A stretch of 64,000 bases of DNA from positions 46,190,001 through 46,254,000 of the forward strand of contig CM059443.1 in the NCBI GenBank assembly GCA_030390025.1. The letters are read 5' to 3'. Position 1 is the first letter of the stretch. Every line of letters starts with the position of its first letter. The translations under genes and the position numbers were made by a program. The stretch is from Squalus acanthias. Lineage: Eukaryota. A model generated the notes under the pieces. The model worked only from the letters and a program-made list of their open reading frames with translations. It had not been told where the DNA came from and ran no database searches. Shown in pieces: positions 24,870 to 38,087 of the stretch.

Positions 24870-24945
24870 ATTGAATGGCGGAGCAGGCTCGAGGGGCAAA
24901 GGGCCGACTCCTGCTCCTCATTCTTATGTGATGATGTGATGATGC
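24870..24945 (+). mobile_element. CR1 3' UTR, right half (continues 13581-13961)
   Basis: ATTGAATGGCGGAGCAGGCTCGAGGGG...CTCCTGCTCCT continues GCCATGATCT exactly as in the intact CR1 tail at 62366-62430. Confidence 0.9.
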
Positions 24946-25789
24946 TGATATATTAGTGTTAAGTAGGGAATTCCAGGATGTTAACCCAGTGACAATGAAG
25001 GCAAGATGACATATGTCCAAGTTGGGATGGTGTGTGCCTTGACGAAGGATTTTGAGGTGATATTGCTGCTCTTGCCCTTCCCTGTGGTGGCGTTAGGAAT
25101 GTGAATTTTGTAATAATGTACAGAGTGCTGTGCCTGAATGCCAAGGATGAGTTCTTGGACATGGAGTCAAACATTTGCCGTTTATTAAACATGTTACTGT
25201 ACATACTCACGACCAAATAAAGAAGTCTTTTCTGCAGAAGATACACAACTTACAGCCCACTGAGCGCAGCACTCCGGGTGCCTCCCTCTTCATCTCCGCA
25301 ACCTTGGGTTTTACCCCCTTTATACTGTCTCGAGCTGCACTACCCCATCGGCAAATGCATTCCATAACCCCTTACCCTCTCTTGGTACCCGTCCCGAGGC
25401 CTGCTAAATATGTTTGGGTTAGATGGGGAACTGAGTCTCCAGTTGTTGTGATAAAGCAAATCTGAATGTAAACAATGTGTGACCCAGCCCAGAAGCAGTC
25501 TGCACACAAGCTCTGTACAGACACATCTTCAGCACTTTTTGCAGTCTTCCAATTTTTGGCTTTTTGAACTATAGAAATAATCTAAAAGTGGAATAAAATG
25601 TAAAAATAATTTTGTGTAAAATGGTTTCTCCTATTATTTCTCCATCTTAACCTCTAACAGTAGAGTTCGCCAGGGAGGGAGCTGCTGTTCCAGGAACCTT
25701 GCGGAGTCGCATCCTGTAGACCGGGTATACTGCAGCCATGGAGCGCTGGTGCTGGAGGGGGATCTGGAGATCGGGATATAGGGGGGTGA

Positions 25790-27612
25790 CAGGGAGAGGG
25801 GGCCGGGAAAGAGGGTGCCGGGAGAGGGAGGGGGCCGGGAGAAGGGGACGAGCGGGAGAAGGCGCGATCGGGAGAGGGGAGCGATCGAGAGAAGGGGCGA
25901 TTGGGAGAGGGGGTGATGGGGAGAGAGGGCGATCGGGAGAGGGGGCGATCGGGAGAGGGGGCGATCAAGAGAGGGAGGAGATCGGGAGAGGGGGCGATCG
26001 GGAGAGGGGGCGATCAGGAGAGGGGGCGATCGAGAGAGGGGGGAGATCGGGAGAGGGGGCGATCGAGAGAGGGGGAGATCGGGAGAGGGGGCGATCGGGA
26101 GAGGGGGCGATCGAGAGAAGGGGCGATCGGGAGAGGGGGCGATCGGGAGAAGGGGCGATTGGGAGAGGGGGTGATCGGGAGAGGGGGCGATCGAGAGAGG
26201 GGGGGGCGATCGGGAGTGGGGGCGATCGAGAGAAGGGGCGATCGGGAGAGGGGGTGATCGGGAGAGGGGGTGATCGGGAGAAGGGGCGATCGGGAGAGGG
26301 GGCGATTGGGAGAGGGGGTGATCGGAAGAGGGGGTGATCGGGAGAGGGGGCGATTGGGAGAGGGGGGCGATTGGGAGAGGGGGCGATTGGGAGAGGGGGC
26401 GATTGGGAGAGGGGGTGATCGGGAGAAGGGGCGATTGGGAGAGGGGGTGATCGGGAGAAGGGGCGATCGGGAGAGGGGGCGATTGGGAGAGGGGGTGATC
26501 GGGAGAGGGGGTGATCGGGAGAGGGGGTGATCGGGAGAAGGGGCGATCGGGAGAGGGGGCGATCGGGAGAGGGGGCGATCGGGAGAGGGGGCGATCGGGA
26601 GAGGGGGCGATCGGGAGAGGGGGCGATTGGGAGTGGGGCGATCGGGAGAGGGGGTGATCGGGAGAGGGGGTGATCGGGAGAAGGGGCGATCGGGAGAGGG
26701 GGCGATCGGGAGAGGGGGTGATCGGGAGAGGGGGCGATCGGGAGAGGGGGCGATTGGGAGAGGGGGCGATCGAGAGAGGGGGCGATTGGGAGAGGGGGCG
26801 ATTGAGAGAGGGGGTGATTGGGAGAGGGGGCGATTGGGAGAGGGGGCGATCGGGAGAGGGGGTGATCGGGAGAGGGGGTGATCGGGAGAGGGGGCGATCG
26901 GGAGAGGGGGCGATCGGGAGAGGGGGCGATCGAGAGAGGGGGCGATCGGGAGAGGGGGCGATTGGGAGAGGGGGTGATCGGGAGAGGGGGCAATTGGGAG
27001 AGGGGGTGATCGGGAGAGGGGGCGATTGGGAGAGGGGGCGATTGGGAGAGGGGGCGATCGGGAGAGGGGGCGATTGGGAGAGGGGGGTGATGGGTAGAGG
27101 GGGCGATCGGGGAGAGGGGGTGATGGGGAGAGGGGGCGATCGGGAGAGGGGGTGATGGGGAGAGGGGGGTAATCGGGAGAGGGGGTGATGGGGAGATGGG
27201 GTGATGGGGAGAGGGGGTGATGGGGAGAGGGGGTAATGGGGAGAGGGGGTGATGGGGAGAGGGGGTGATGGGGAGAGGGGGTGATGGGGAGATGGGGCGA
27301 TCGGGAGATGGGGTGATGGGGAGAGGGGGGTGATCGGGAGAGGGGGCGATTGGGACAGGGGGGTGATGGGGAGAGGGGGTGATGGGGAGAGGGGGTGATG
27401 GGGAGAGGGGGTGATGGGGAGAGGGGGTGATGGGGAGATGGGGCGATCGGGAGATGGGGTGATGGGGAGAGGGGGTGATGGGGAGAGGGGGTGATGGGGA
27501 GAGGGGGTGATGGGAGAGGGGGTGATGGGGAGAGGGGGTGATGGGGAGAGGGGGTGATGGGGAGATGGGGTGATGGGGAGATGGGGCGATCGGGAGGGGG
27601 AATATTGGGAGA
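25790..27612. repeat. G-rich 16-bp tandem repeat, GGGAGAGGGGG(C/T)GAT(C/T/G)
   Basis: Direct 16-bp periodicity; strongly purine-rich + strand. Confidence 0.97.
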
Positions 27613-28635
27613 GGGCGGGTGGGTCAAGGCGTGGTCGGCAACGTTCCCTCTAAGCTGCGCGGTACCGGCTTTTTCAATGTTAAATTTCATGAATGTGTGA
27701 ATGGGCTGCACAGCCCCTTGAAGGGACCGCACACCCACCCAAAACCAAAATTAGGGGAAATTTGGTGGTCGGCTACGGCTCGTGGTTTTAATATGGAGTC
27801 GAGGGGAGAACTCCTGCTCTTCCCGGATCCACATTCAGGTAAAAAAAAAATTACTTTATCTTTTTGTGGCGGGACACAGCGGTCCCTTTAAGGAGCTGAA
27901 TGGAGACCGGATTTCCCCGAACACAGCCACCCCAGAATCCCTTGCAGTTTCCTTCTTGGCGAGTTCTATCCCATCCATGGTTTGACTTCCAATTTTCAGT
28001 ACCTAAGCCCTATCTATTGATGATTATTTCACTATAAGGAGATCAAAAAATTGCTTTAATTCCCACCAGATTCTCAAGTTCTTTCCACTTCACCATGAAG
28101 GCACCGAAACAATCTTTAAGTCACATTAACAATACTCAGTGGCCACTAGAATACAGGGTTTTGTCTGTGAATGAAGAAGGCCTTAATTGGGACTCAGTCA
28201 CCCAGATAATGTTCACACGCTCTCCTTTGAATGTCCTGTAGTCCGATCCATGGGACGTACAGTTTCCTCAGTAAAAGACTGTGTAACTTTTATAATGGTC
28301 ACGGAAATATTAATGTAATAGCAGCTGAATTGTGTGAATTGAATTGTGTGTCTGCTGCCGACCTGATGAAGGGGTGAGTGTTTCCTGAAAGATCGAGGAG
28401 TGAATTCTTGACATTTTTCTGCGCTGGAAAGAATTCGGTTGGGCTTGTTGATTCAGTTGGGTAGATTTTTATCAACTGGTGCTCTGCTTGAAGGGCTCCA
28501 TGTGACGCGACTGCTTTTATTTTCTTTCAGGTTGAATAAACTAGGATGGGCCGTGGAATGGGAGGAGGAGGCCCAGAAAGTACAGGACGAGTTAAACAAA
28601 ACTCGCGAGTGGGCTGAGCAAGGGCAGATTAAATG

Positions 28636-28890
28636 TTCAACAACAACTTGTGTTTATATAGTGCCTTTAACGCAGTAAAACGTCCCAAGGCGCTGCACAG
28701 GAGTATTTTAAGACAGAAAATTTGACACCGAGCCACATAAAGATAAATTAGGGCAGGTGACCAAAAGCTTGGTCAAAGAGGTAGGTTTTACGGAGCGTCT
28801 TGAAGGACGAAAGAGAGGTAGCGAGGCGGAGAGGTTTAGGCAGGGAATTCCAGAGCTTAGGGCCCAGGCAACAGAAGGCACGGCCACCAA
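28636..28890 (-). mobile_element. L2-type LINE 3' end fragment
   Basis: Minus frame GGRAFCCLGPKLWNSLPKPLRLATSLSSFKTLRKTYLFDQAF, typical of the L2 ORF2 C-terminus, followed by an L2/SINE-type tail. Confidence 0.7.
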
Positions 28891-30271
28891 ACGTAATATA
28901 AAGTACTGCACATAGGAAGGAACCGTCTCTGACACAAGTACTCCGTGTTGAAGTAGCTAAGGATGAAGTTGAATAAAACCTAAGAGATTTGATGCCCAAT
29001 GTGTCGAACCAAAGCAAAGCAGCAATCGTGCCTCACAGAACATTGCGCTGCAATCAGCAAACCATTGGAATACAGGCCTCTGGTCAGCCCGCACCTTGAG
29101 TACTCGCTCCACTTCTGGTCGCTGAGAGTCAAGGGAGATAGTCAAACGCTGGAGGTACAGTAGAGAAGAGGCATGAGGTTCGTCCCTAATGTCAGGGGTC
29201 TGAGGTTTGAGGACAGGCTGGAGGCACTGGCTATTCCTCCTGGAACGGAAGCAGCTGAGAGGCGAACTTATACACGTGGACAGGTCCTCAGCCAACCCGA
29301 TATTCACAGGATCAGAAGTTACCATTAGATGGATGAGGGAGATCATTCGGTTCATCTTAATTCATCCAGAACAGCCTACACGCTCCCCCATTGCTGGATC
29401 TAGTTGTTATTCAATGATTTCAAGAAGAGCAGGGGAGTGGGCTCGGCCCACTCGCGAGTTTTGTTTAACTCGTCCTGTAATTTCTGGACCTCCTCCTTCC
29501 ATTCCACGGCCCAGCTAAGTTTATTCAACACGAGATAAAATAAAAGCAGTCTCGTCACATAAAATCCTTCAAGCAGAGCACCAGTTGATAAAAATCTACC
29601 CAACTGAATCAACAAGACCAACCGAGTTCTTTCCAGCACTCCCTCAGTCCTGCACGGGAGTGTCAGTCTGGATTATATGCTAAAGTCTCTTGTTTGAACC
29701 CACAACCTTCTGACTCAGAGGCGAGAGTGCTACCAACTGAGCCACGGCAGATACCGCAACTGAGAGTAGGTCAAAGGTGGCAAGGCTTCAAACTGGTAAT
29801 GGACAAATTTAGGACTGATATCAGGAACTTCTTCTTCACGCAAAGCAATGCATGGACTGGACTCCCAGATAGAGCCATGGAAGAAAAGACACCAGAATCA
29901 TTGAATAACCAACTAGATCCAGCAATGGGGGAGAGTGTCGGCTGTTCTGGATGAATTAAGATGAACCGAATGATCTCCCTCATCCATCTAATGGTATCTT
30001 CTGATCCTGTGAATATCGGGTTGGCTGAGGGCCTGTCACAAAACTGTACCCAACTGAATTTTTGTGGGAAAATGTGACTGGTAGAATTAGAAGTTTAAAA
30101 ATCATGGAAACCTGAACATTCGCGAAATGAAGAGGAAGAAAACCATGTGGACGAATAGCTTGCAGTACTTACATTGGGCGCTTGGGTGAGGTACCAGCGG
30201 GAGAACCTTAGCCCGGTGGCGAATCGGGAGGGGAAGGGAGACAAATTGGCAGAGTCATAGTCATAGTCATA

Positions 30272-31166
30272 GGGGTAGAAATTAGGTCACGCCCCATTTG
30301 GGGCGCAAATATCGTCTGGACGCAAATATTAGCGCCTGGCGCTAATTATCGGCACTGACTGGAAACTTCACTTTTACCGCCCCGGGAGGTGAGTGGAGCG
30401 CTAAAGCAGGCGCTGCACACCTGTCTTAAGGCGCAAAGGCCAAGGAGTGAGGCGCTAACTCAGAGCGCTGGGGAAGCTCATGTAATGTCAGTCAGCAATG
30501 GAACACACACACAATGGCACGGGCTAGTTCTTAAAGGGGATGGTTAATCTTGCTTTCCATCCACATCCTGTTCATTGCAGCCTTGAATCTCGGCCTGGAG
30601 AGACTTGCACATCAAATGTGCTGGAAAGAACAATGGAGAGTACCAGGCAAAGAGCTCAGAGTGCAGCTCCCACAGTCTCTGCTAAATCGATACAAGGAAT
30701 GGCAAATCAAAATGAACCTGCAAAGTGCTGCTCAGTACCCAAAACTCCTTCACACAACGTTGAATCTCTCCAGAAGTCTCTCCCTCTCTCTCTCAGAATG
30801 CGTAGTTCAAAAATGCCACCAACAATAAAAGACAGGAAGAGGCCCCCTTTAAATAGCGCCCCCCCCAGCCCCACAGTGATTGATAGCGTTCCAGTCTTCT
30901 GGTCGTTGGATGTGCCAGGCGGTAAGGCAGGAGGCGCCACTCAATTTCCGCTCCGGGGCGCCACAAGGGCGTTGCACCATGGAATGACGTCATAATCTGC
31001 GCGCGCAGGTGGTCGCAGCGGTAAGGTTTTAGCGCCGCCGCACAATGTCAAGTTAAGTTCCCGAGCGGCGCAAACATCGCTGCGCCCGGGCGTTAGCGGC
31101 TTTGCGCCCCATTAGCGCCCTCTTAAGGCGCTAACGGGAGGCGCAACCAACTGCAATTTTTACCCC
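30272..31166. mobile_element. Non-autonomous DNA transposon (MITE, Harbinger-like), copy 1
   Basis: TIRs GGGGTAGAAATT / AATTTTTACCCC, 3-bp TSD ATA, GCGC-rich subterminal repeats; inverted near-identical copy at 41689-42578. Confidence 0.8.
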
Positions 31167-31359
31167 ATAGAGTTTTACAGCACAGAACGAGGCCCTTCCG
31201 CCGACCATCAAGCCCTGTCTATTCTAATCCCATTTTCCAGCACTTGGTCCGTAGCCTTGTATGCTATGGCGTTTCAAGTGCTCATCTAAATGCTTCTGGA
31301 ATGTTGTGAGGGTTCCTGCCTCTACCACCCTTTCAGGCAGTGAGTTCCAGATTCCAACC
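31167..31359 (-). mobile_element. CR1 3' end fragment abutting MITE copy 1
   Basis: Reverse complement of ~41482-41688. Confidence 0.85.
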
Positions 31360-31949
31360 AGAGGAAGTTAGTCAGAAAAGAAGTTCATCTTGTATGGCCT
31401 CATCACCCAAACCAGCAGGCTCCGCTCATTCTCCTCCCACCCTCTCAAACACTCAAACACTCTCTGTAAGCGCTATTCCTTTTGAATTTCGAGCAGGTCC
31501 TATTTAACATGAGTTCGATTAATTTGTAGGTGTGACTAAATGTTCGTTGAGCACCTGGCTAGTGGAGTAGATCTTGACTTTGTGCGATAGTGTAAAATGG
31601 ATGATAAAGATTCGCGATCGGGACAGATGTAAAACGGGCTGCCGCATCGCTATCACCCAGTTTTACACATTGTACAAATTCAAGATCTACTCCCTGTGTA
31701 CAACTGAGTGGTGTATTTATCGTTGTTTATCGAATGACATAGAATTTACAGCAAGAAACAGGCCATTCCCATTCGGCCCAACTGGTCCATGCCGGTGTTT
31801 ATGCTCCACACCAGCCTCCTCCCACCCCTCTTCATCTCACCCCATCAACATATCCTTCTATTTCTTTCTCCCTCATGTGTTTATCTAGCTTCCCCTTAAA
31901 TGCATCTATGCTATTCGCCTCAACCACTCCCTGTGGTAGCAAGTTCCAC

Positions 31950-34900
31950 ATAAGAACATAAGAAATAGGAGCAGGAGTAGGCCATACGACCCCTCGAGCC
32001 TGCTCCGCCATTCAATAAGATCACGGCTGATCATCGACCTCAACTCCACTTTCCTGCCCGATCTCCATATCCCTTGATTCCCCTAGAGTCCAAAGATCTA
32101 TCGATCTCAGCCTTGAATATACTGAAAGACTCAGCATTCACAGCCCTCTGGGGTAGAGAATTCCAAAGATTCACAACCCTCTGTGTGAAGAAATTCCTCC
32201 TCATCTCGGTCTTAAATGCCCGACCCCTTATCCTGAGACTATGCCCCCTAAATTCTAGACACTCCAGCCAGGGGAAACAACCTCTCAGCATCTACCCTGT
32301 CAATCCCCTTCAGAATCTTGTATGTTTCAATAAGATCACCTCTCATTCTTCTGAACTCCGGAGAGTATAGGCCCAATCGACTCAATCTCTCCTCATAGGA
32401 CAGCCCTCTCATCCCAGGAATCAATCTAGTGAACCTTCGTTGCACCAAGACAAGTAAATCCTTCCTTAGATAAGGAGACCAAAACTGTGCACAGTACTCC
32501 AGGTGTGGTCTCACCAAGGCCCTGTACAGTTGTAGCAAGACTTATACTCCAACCCTCTTGCAATAAAGGTCATCATGCCATTTGCCTTCCTTATTGCTTG
32601 CTATACCTGCATGCTAGCTTTCTGTGTTTCTTGCACAAGGACACCCAAATCTCTCTGAACACCAACATTTGAAAGTTTCTCACCATTTAAAAAATATTCT
32701 GTTTTTCTATTCTTCCTACCAAAGTGAATAACTTCACATTTCCCTACATTATACTCCATCTGCCACCTTACTGCCCACACACTTAGTCTATCTATATCCC
32801 TTTGCAGACTCTTTGAGTTCTCCTCAGAGCTTACTGTCCCACCTAGCTTTGTATCATCAGCAAACTTGGATACCTTAGACTTGGTCCCTTCATCTAGGTC
32901 ATTACTATATTTTTTTAATTCGTTTTTTTATGGGATGTGGGCGTCGCTGGCAAGACCTGCATTTATTGCCCATCCCTAATTGCCCTTGAGAAGGTGGTGG
33001 TGAGCCACCTTCTTGAACCACTGCAGTCCGTGTGGTGAAGGTGCTGTAGGGAGGGAGTTCCAGGATTTTGACCCAGCGACGTTGAAGGATCAGCGATATA
33101 CTTCTAAGTCAGGATGGTGCGTGACTTGGAGGGGAACTTGGAGGTGGTGGTGTTCCCATGCGCCTGCTGCCCTTGTCCTTCTAGGTGGAAGAGGTTGCGG
33201 GTTTGGGAGGTGCTGCCGAAGAAGCCTTTGCGAGTTGCTGCAGTGCATCTTGTAGATGGTACACACTGCAGCCACGGTACGCCGGTGGTGGAGGGGTTGA
33301 ATGTTTAAGGTGGTGGATGGGGTGTCAATCAAGCGGGCTGCTTTGTCCTGGATGGTGTCGAGCTCCTTGAGTGTTGTTGGAGCTGCACTCATCCAGGCAA
33401 GTGGAGAATATTCCATCACACTCCTTACTTGTGCCTTGTAGATGGTGGAAAGGCTTTGGGGAGTCAGGAGGTGAGACACTCACCGCAGAATACCTAGCCT
33501 CTGACCTGCTCTTGTTGCCACAGTATTTATGTGGCTGGTTCAGTTAAGTAACTGGTCAATGGTGACCCCCAGGATGTCGATGGTGGGGGATTCGGTGATG
33601 GTAATGCCGTTGAATGTCAAGGGGCAGTGGTTAGACTCTCGCTTGTTGGAGATAGTCATTGCCTGGCACTTCTGTGGCGCGAATGTTATCTGCCATTTAT
33701 CAACCCAAGCCTTCATGTCGTCCAGGTCTTGTTGCATGCAGGCATAGACTGCTTCATTATCTGAGGAGTTGTGAATGGCGCTGAACACTGCAGTCATCAG
33801 CGAACATCCCCATTTCTGACCTTATGTTGGAGGGAAGGTCATTGATGAAGCAGCTGAAGATGGTTGGGCCTAGGGCACTGCCCTGAGGAACTCCTGCAGC
33901 GATGTCCTGGAGCTGTGATGATTGACCTTCAACCACCACAACCATCTTCGTTTGTGCTAGGTATGACTCCAGCCAATGGAGAATTTCCCCCCCGATTCCC
34001 ATTGACTACAGTTTTACTAGGGCTCCTTGATGCCACACTCGGTCAAATGCTGCCTTGATGTCAAGGGTAGTCACTCTCACCTCACCTCTGGAATTCAGCT
34101 CCTTTGTCCATGTTTGGACCAAGGCTGTAATGAGGTTGGGAGCCGAGTGGTCTTGGCGGAACCCAAACTGGGCATCAGTGAGCAGGTTATTGGTGAGTAA
34201 GTGCCGCTTGATAGCACTGTTGATGACACCTTCCATCACTTTGCTGATGATTGAGAGTAGACTGATGGGGCGGTAATTGGCCGGGTTGGATTTGACCTGC
34301 TTTTTGTGGACAGGACATAACTGGGCAGTTTTCCACATTGTCAGATAGATGCCAGTGTTGTAGCTGTACTGGAACAGCTTGGCTAGTTCTGGAGCACAAG
34401 TCTTCAGCACAATAGCCGGGATGCTGTCGGGGCCCATAGCCTTTGCTGTATCCAGTGTGCTCAGCCATTTCTTGATATCATGTGGAGTGAATCGAATTGG
34501 CTTAAGACTGGCTTCTGTGATGGTGGGGACCTCAGGAGTAGGCTGATATGGATCATCCACTCGGCACTTCTGGCTGAAGATGGTTGCAAACGCTTCAGAC
34601 TTGTCTTCTGCTCTCACGCGCTGGGCTCCTCCATCATTGAGGATGGGGATATTCATGGAGCCTCCTCCTCCCGTTAGTTGTTTAGTGGTCCACCATTCAC
34701 GACTGGATGTGGCAGGACTGCAGAGCATTATAGATTGTAAATAGCTGAGGCCCAAGCATTGATCCTTGCGGCACCCCACTAGTTACAGCCTGCCAACCTG
34801 AAAAAGACCCGTTTATCCCTACTCTCTGTTTTCTGTCCGTTAACCAATCCTCTATCCATGCTACTATATTACCCCCAACCCTATGAGCCCTTATCTTGTG

Positions 34901-35830
34901 TAATAACCTTTTATGTGGCACCTTATCAAATGCCTTTTGGAAATCTAAATATACTACATCCACTGGTTCCCCTTTATCTACCCTGCTAGTTACATCCTCA
35001 AAAAACTCTAATAAATTTGTCAAACACGATTTCCCTTTCATAAAACCATGTTGACTCTGCCTAATCATGTTATGATTTTCAAAGTGCCCTGATACCACTT
35101 CCTTAACAATGGATTCCAGCATTTTCCCAATGACTGATGTCAGGCTAACTGACCTGTAGTTCCCTGCTTTCTCTCTCCCTCCTTTCTTGAATAGTGGTGT
35201 TACATTTGCTACCTTCCAATCCACTGGGACCGTTCTAGAATCTAGGGAATTTTGGAAGATCAAAACCAATGCATCCACTATTTCTGCAGCCACCACTTTT
35301 AGAACCCTAGGATGTAGGCCATCAGGTCCAGGGGATTTGTTGGCTTTTAGTCCCATTAGTTTCTCTGGTACTTTTTCTTTACTTATATTAATTACGTTAA
35401 GTTCCTCACCCTCATTAGACCCTTGGTTCCCCATCATTTTTGGTATGCTTTTTGTGTTTTCTACTGTGAAAACAGATACAAAATATTTGTTTAACATTTC
35501 TGCCATTTCCTTATTCCCCATAATAATTTCTCCTGTCTCAGCCTCTAAGGGACCAACGTTTACTTTTGCTACTCTCTTCCTTTTTACATACTTGTAGAAG
35601 CTCTTACAATCTGTTTTCATATTTCTTGCTAGTTTTCTCTCGTATTCTATTTTTTCCCTTTTTAACAATTTTTTGGTCATCCTTTGGTGGTTTCTGAAAC
35701 TCTCCCAATCCTCAGGCTTACTACTATTCTTCTCAACATTATAAGCTTCTACTTTCAATCTAATGCTACCCTTAACTTCTTTAGTTAGCCACAAATGGAT
35801 CACTTTTCCCATGGAGTTTTTGTTTCTCAA
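31950..35830 (-). mobile_element. Degenerate CR1 LINE (RT to 3' tail), split at ~32910-34727 by a second LINE
   Basis: KSPGPDGLHPRVLK, NYRSVSLTS, YLDFQKAFDKVPH, SGVPQGSMLGP (34728-35830); [15 protein letters not shown] and the 3' tail (31950-32909). Confidence 0.92.
32910..34727 (-). mobile_element. Nested 5'-truncated LINE of a different subfamily (RT pseudogene)
   Basis: KAMGPDSIP, NYRPISLLSIISKVME, LDIKAAFDRVWH, GVPQGSALGP, MFADD, YKAQVRSVMEY; + strand T-run at ~32910 is its A-rich tail. Confidence 0.9.
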
Positions 35831-37223
35831 TTCTAACCACTCTCTGGGTATTTTTTTTTTAAATGTCAAACTTTTTTCGGAATATTTAAAGTGTTTGCAG
35901 TGTGTGGGAGGTTTGATGTCACGAAATAGGCAAAGTCCTCCAGACTGTGTGGATAAAGTGCGTCGTTTTGCAGGCAGGATATCTTTGAGAATCAGTGAGA
36001 GCAATCTACGCTTGAAGTATAAACAGTCCACATTCTCAGAAACACAAATTAATAATCCAAATAAATCATAAGACGTGACATTAATGGGGGATCGTGGCCA
36101 TCCATCAATCCTCAGTGTGTGTCTCCATGTAGTTGGCAGAAGAGCAACTTTTATTGTAGTCAGACAGGAATTATAAGTGAGAGGATTCCCAGCCTTAGTT
36201 TAATACCCCAAAGGATCAAGGCCCAGAGGACTTGCTATCTAACTGGAACACACAATGACTCCTGATACTGCGAGGAAGTCAGTCGATGGCAATTCGGGTT
36301 CTGGTGCTGAGAGTGGTAATACATATTTTACAGCATATCAACTATATAGCCTTGTGAAGAATCCAATGAGACAGGGCATAATGGGGCAAAAACAGACAGA
36401 CTGAACACTTTTCTCATCAATTTTACTCCACTCCAGATTTCTCCCCTGGCTAGGGATCACCAGACACCAGTTTCACTTCAGTAGTCACTATTTACACAAG
36501 AACCTTGAAAGTGAGTCAATGGTGACAGCCTGTTAACCGGCGTATCTATTGACACCACTGTGTCAGCCAATGAGTTGGACGCAGGGCAGGACTTATGGCA
36601 GGACTCACAGCAAACAGAGTCTATTTACTCAGCAAACAGAGTCTATTTAAACAAAGCACCACCCAAAACAGTCTACAGAGTCTATTTAAAAAGAGTCTCT
36701 TCAAACTTCAGCAAACAGAACTCATGACTGAAACTACAGCACTGACTCCCGATAAAAGCAGGATTATTTATCCAGCAAAATGCAGTGAGTGGAGGATAAT
36801 TACATAGAAATGGTGTGCGTCAAATCAATCCCAGTCACTCACAGTAGTGCAGTCTCCAGGCATGACTGACGGGGGAATTTCCCAATCATCTCCATTCTGC
36901 TCGGGAATAGCGCTGTCACCATATGCAGTGCATTTCAACCTAATCCTCCGCCCCCGCCCCCCCCCCCCCACCTCAACCCGCTGGGAAACTGATGGGGAGA
37001 TTGGATTGGCCACTTTTGTTATACCCAGCCCGATTTTTGAAGTCATGTGACACTTTAGGTATTCGTTCCTTACCATCGACGACGGTATCGTCCACCCTTC
37101 GATGTTTAAACCAGGGGTCTTTTTGGAGATATTACAATTTGCTTTTTCCACAGTCTTTCCCTTTCATTTTTAGATAGAATATGTATTCTCTCTCTCTCTC
37201 TCTCTCAGTTCATGTTTAATTTG

Positions 37224-37685
37224 TGTCAGCTGTGGCTCAGTGGGCAGCACCCTCGCCTCTGAGTCAGAAGGTCGCAGGTTCACAGTCCCACTCCAGGGAC
37301 TTGAGCACATAATCCAGGCTGACACTCCAGGGGAGTGCTGCACTGTCGGAGGTGCCGTCTTTCGGATGAGACGTTAAACCGAGGCCCTGTCTGCTCTCTC
37401 AGGTGGACGTAAAAGATCCCATGGCACTATTTCGAAGAAGAGCAGGGGTGTTATCCCCGGTGTCCTGGCCAATAATTATCCCTCAACCAACATCACAAAA
37501 AAACAGATTATCTGGTCATTATCACATTGCTGTTTGTGGGAGCTTGCTGTGTGCAAATTGGCTGCCGCGTTTCCGACATTACAACAGCGACTACACTTCA
37601 AAAAGTACTTCATTGGCTGTAAAGCACTTTGAGACGTCCGGTGGTCATGAAAGGCGCTGTAGAAATGCAAGTCTTTCTTTCTTTC
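37224..37685 (+). mobile_element. tRNA-derived Deu-domain SINE (SacSINE1-like)
   Basis: Head GCTGTGGCTCAGTGG...GGTTC; core GAGGTGCCGTCTTTCGGATGAGACGTTAAACCGAGG; tail ATTGGCTGTAAAGCACTTTGAGACGTCC...TCTTTCTTT. Confidence 0.82.
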
Positions 37686-37933
37686 TAATATTTACTATAA
37701 TTCCGATGTTGAAGAAAACATATTGATAAGCTCTCATTGACTGACTGCCACCACAGACCAAAACTCAACTAACTTACCCTAATTAACGAGAAGTCATTAT
37801 TCTCCCAGTGCCGGAGTTTCTGTTAGCATATGGTAGCGTAATGGTTATGTCACTGGACTAATAATTCAGTCGAACATGTGTTCCAATACCGCCATGTCAG
37901 TTTAAGAATTTGAATTAAGTTTAAAACACCTGG

Positions 37934-38087
37934 AATGTTCCCTCTCATTTTTTTTTCCTGCGTGGGCCCTTTAAATTTACCGCGCGGCCGCACATGCGCG
38001 GTAGCTCTTCCAGCGGCAGCGGCTGGTGAGCGGCCTGCACAGGACCTCCCGATTAATATGCGGCCACCCACCTTAGGGGAAACACTG
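37934..38087. mobile_element. Short hAT-like MITE inside a tRNA-derived SINE
   Basis: Imperfect TIRs AATGTTCCCTCT / TTAGGGGAAACACTG; a related end (AACGTTCCCTCTAAG) lies at ~27640. Confidence 0.45.

Noticed and set aside
25630-25760. Possible exon after the acceptor-like CTCTAACAG at 25660
   Set aside because: No recognisable protein in any frame and no convincing donor, so it cannot be supported from sequence alone.
25654-27738. Pro/Ser-rich and Gly/Arg-rich ORFs
   Set aside because: Translations of the G-rich 16-bp repeat on both strands.
30540-30995. 151-aa ORF inside the MITE
   Set aside because: The frame is not preserved in the second copy and there is no transposase catalytic motif; at most a remnant.
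34697-36031. 444-aa RT-like ORF as an active LINE or host gene
   Set aside because: Truncated CR1 ORF2 lacking the endonuclease and cut by a nested LINE before the catalytic FADD motif.
37224-37300. tRNA-like sequences (also ~14570-14640, ~44045-44110, ~45490-45550)
   Set aside because: They are SINE heads followed by SINE bodies, with no complete cloverleaf.
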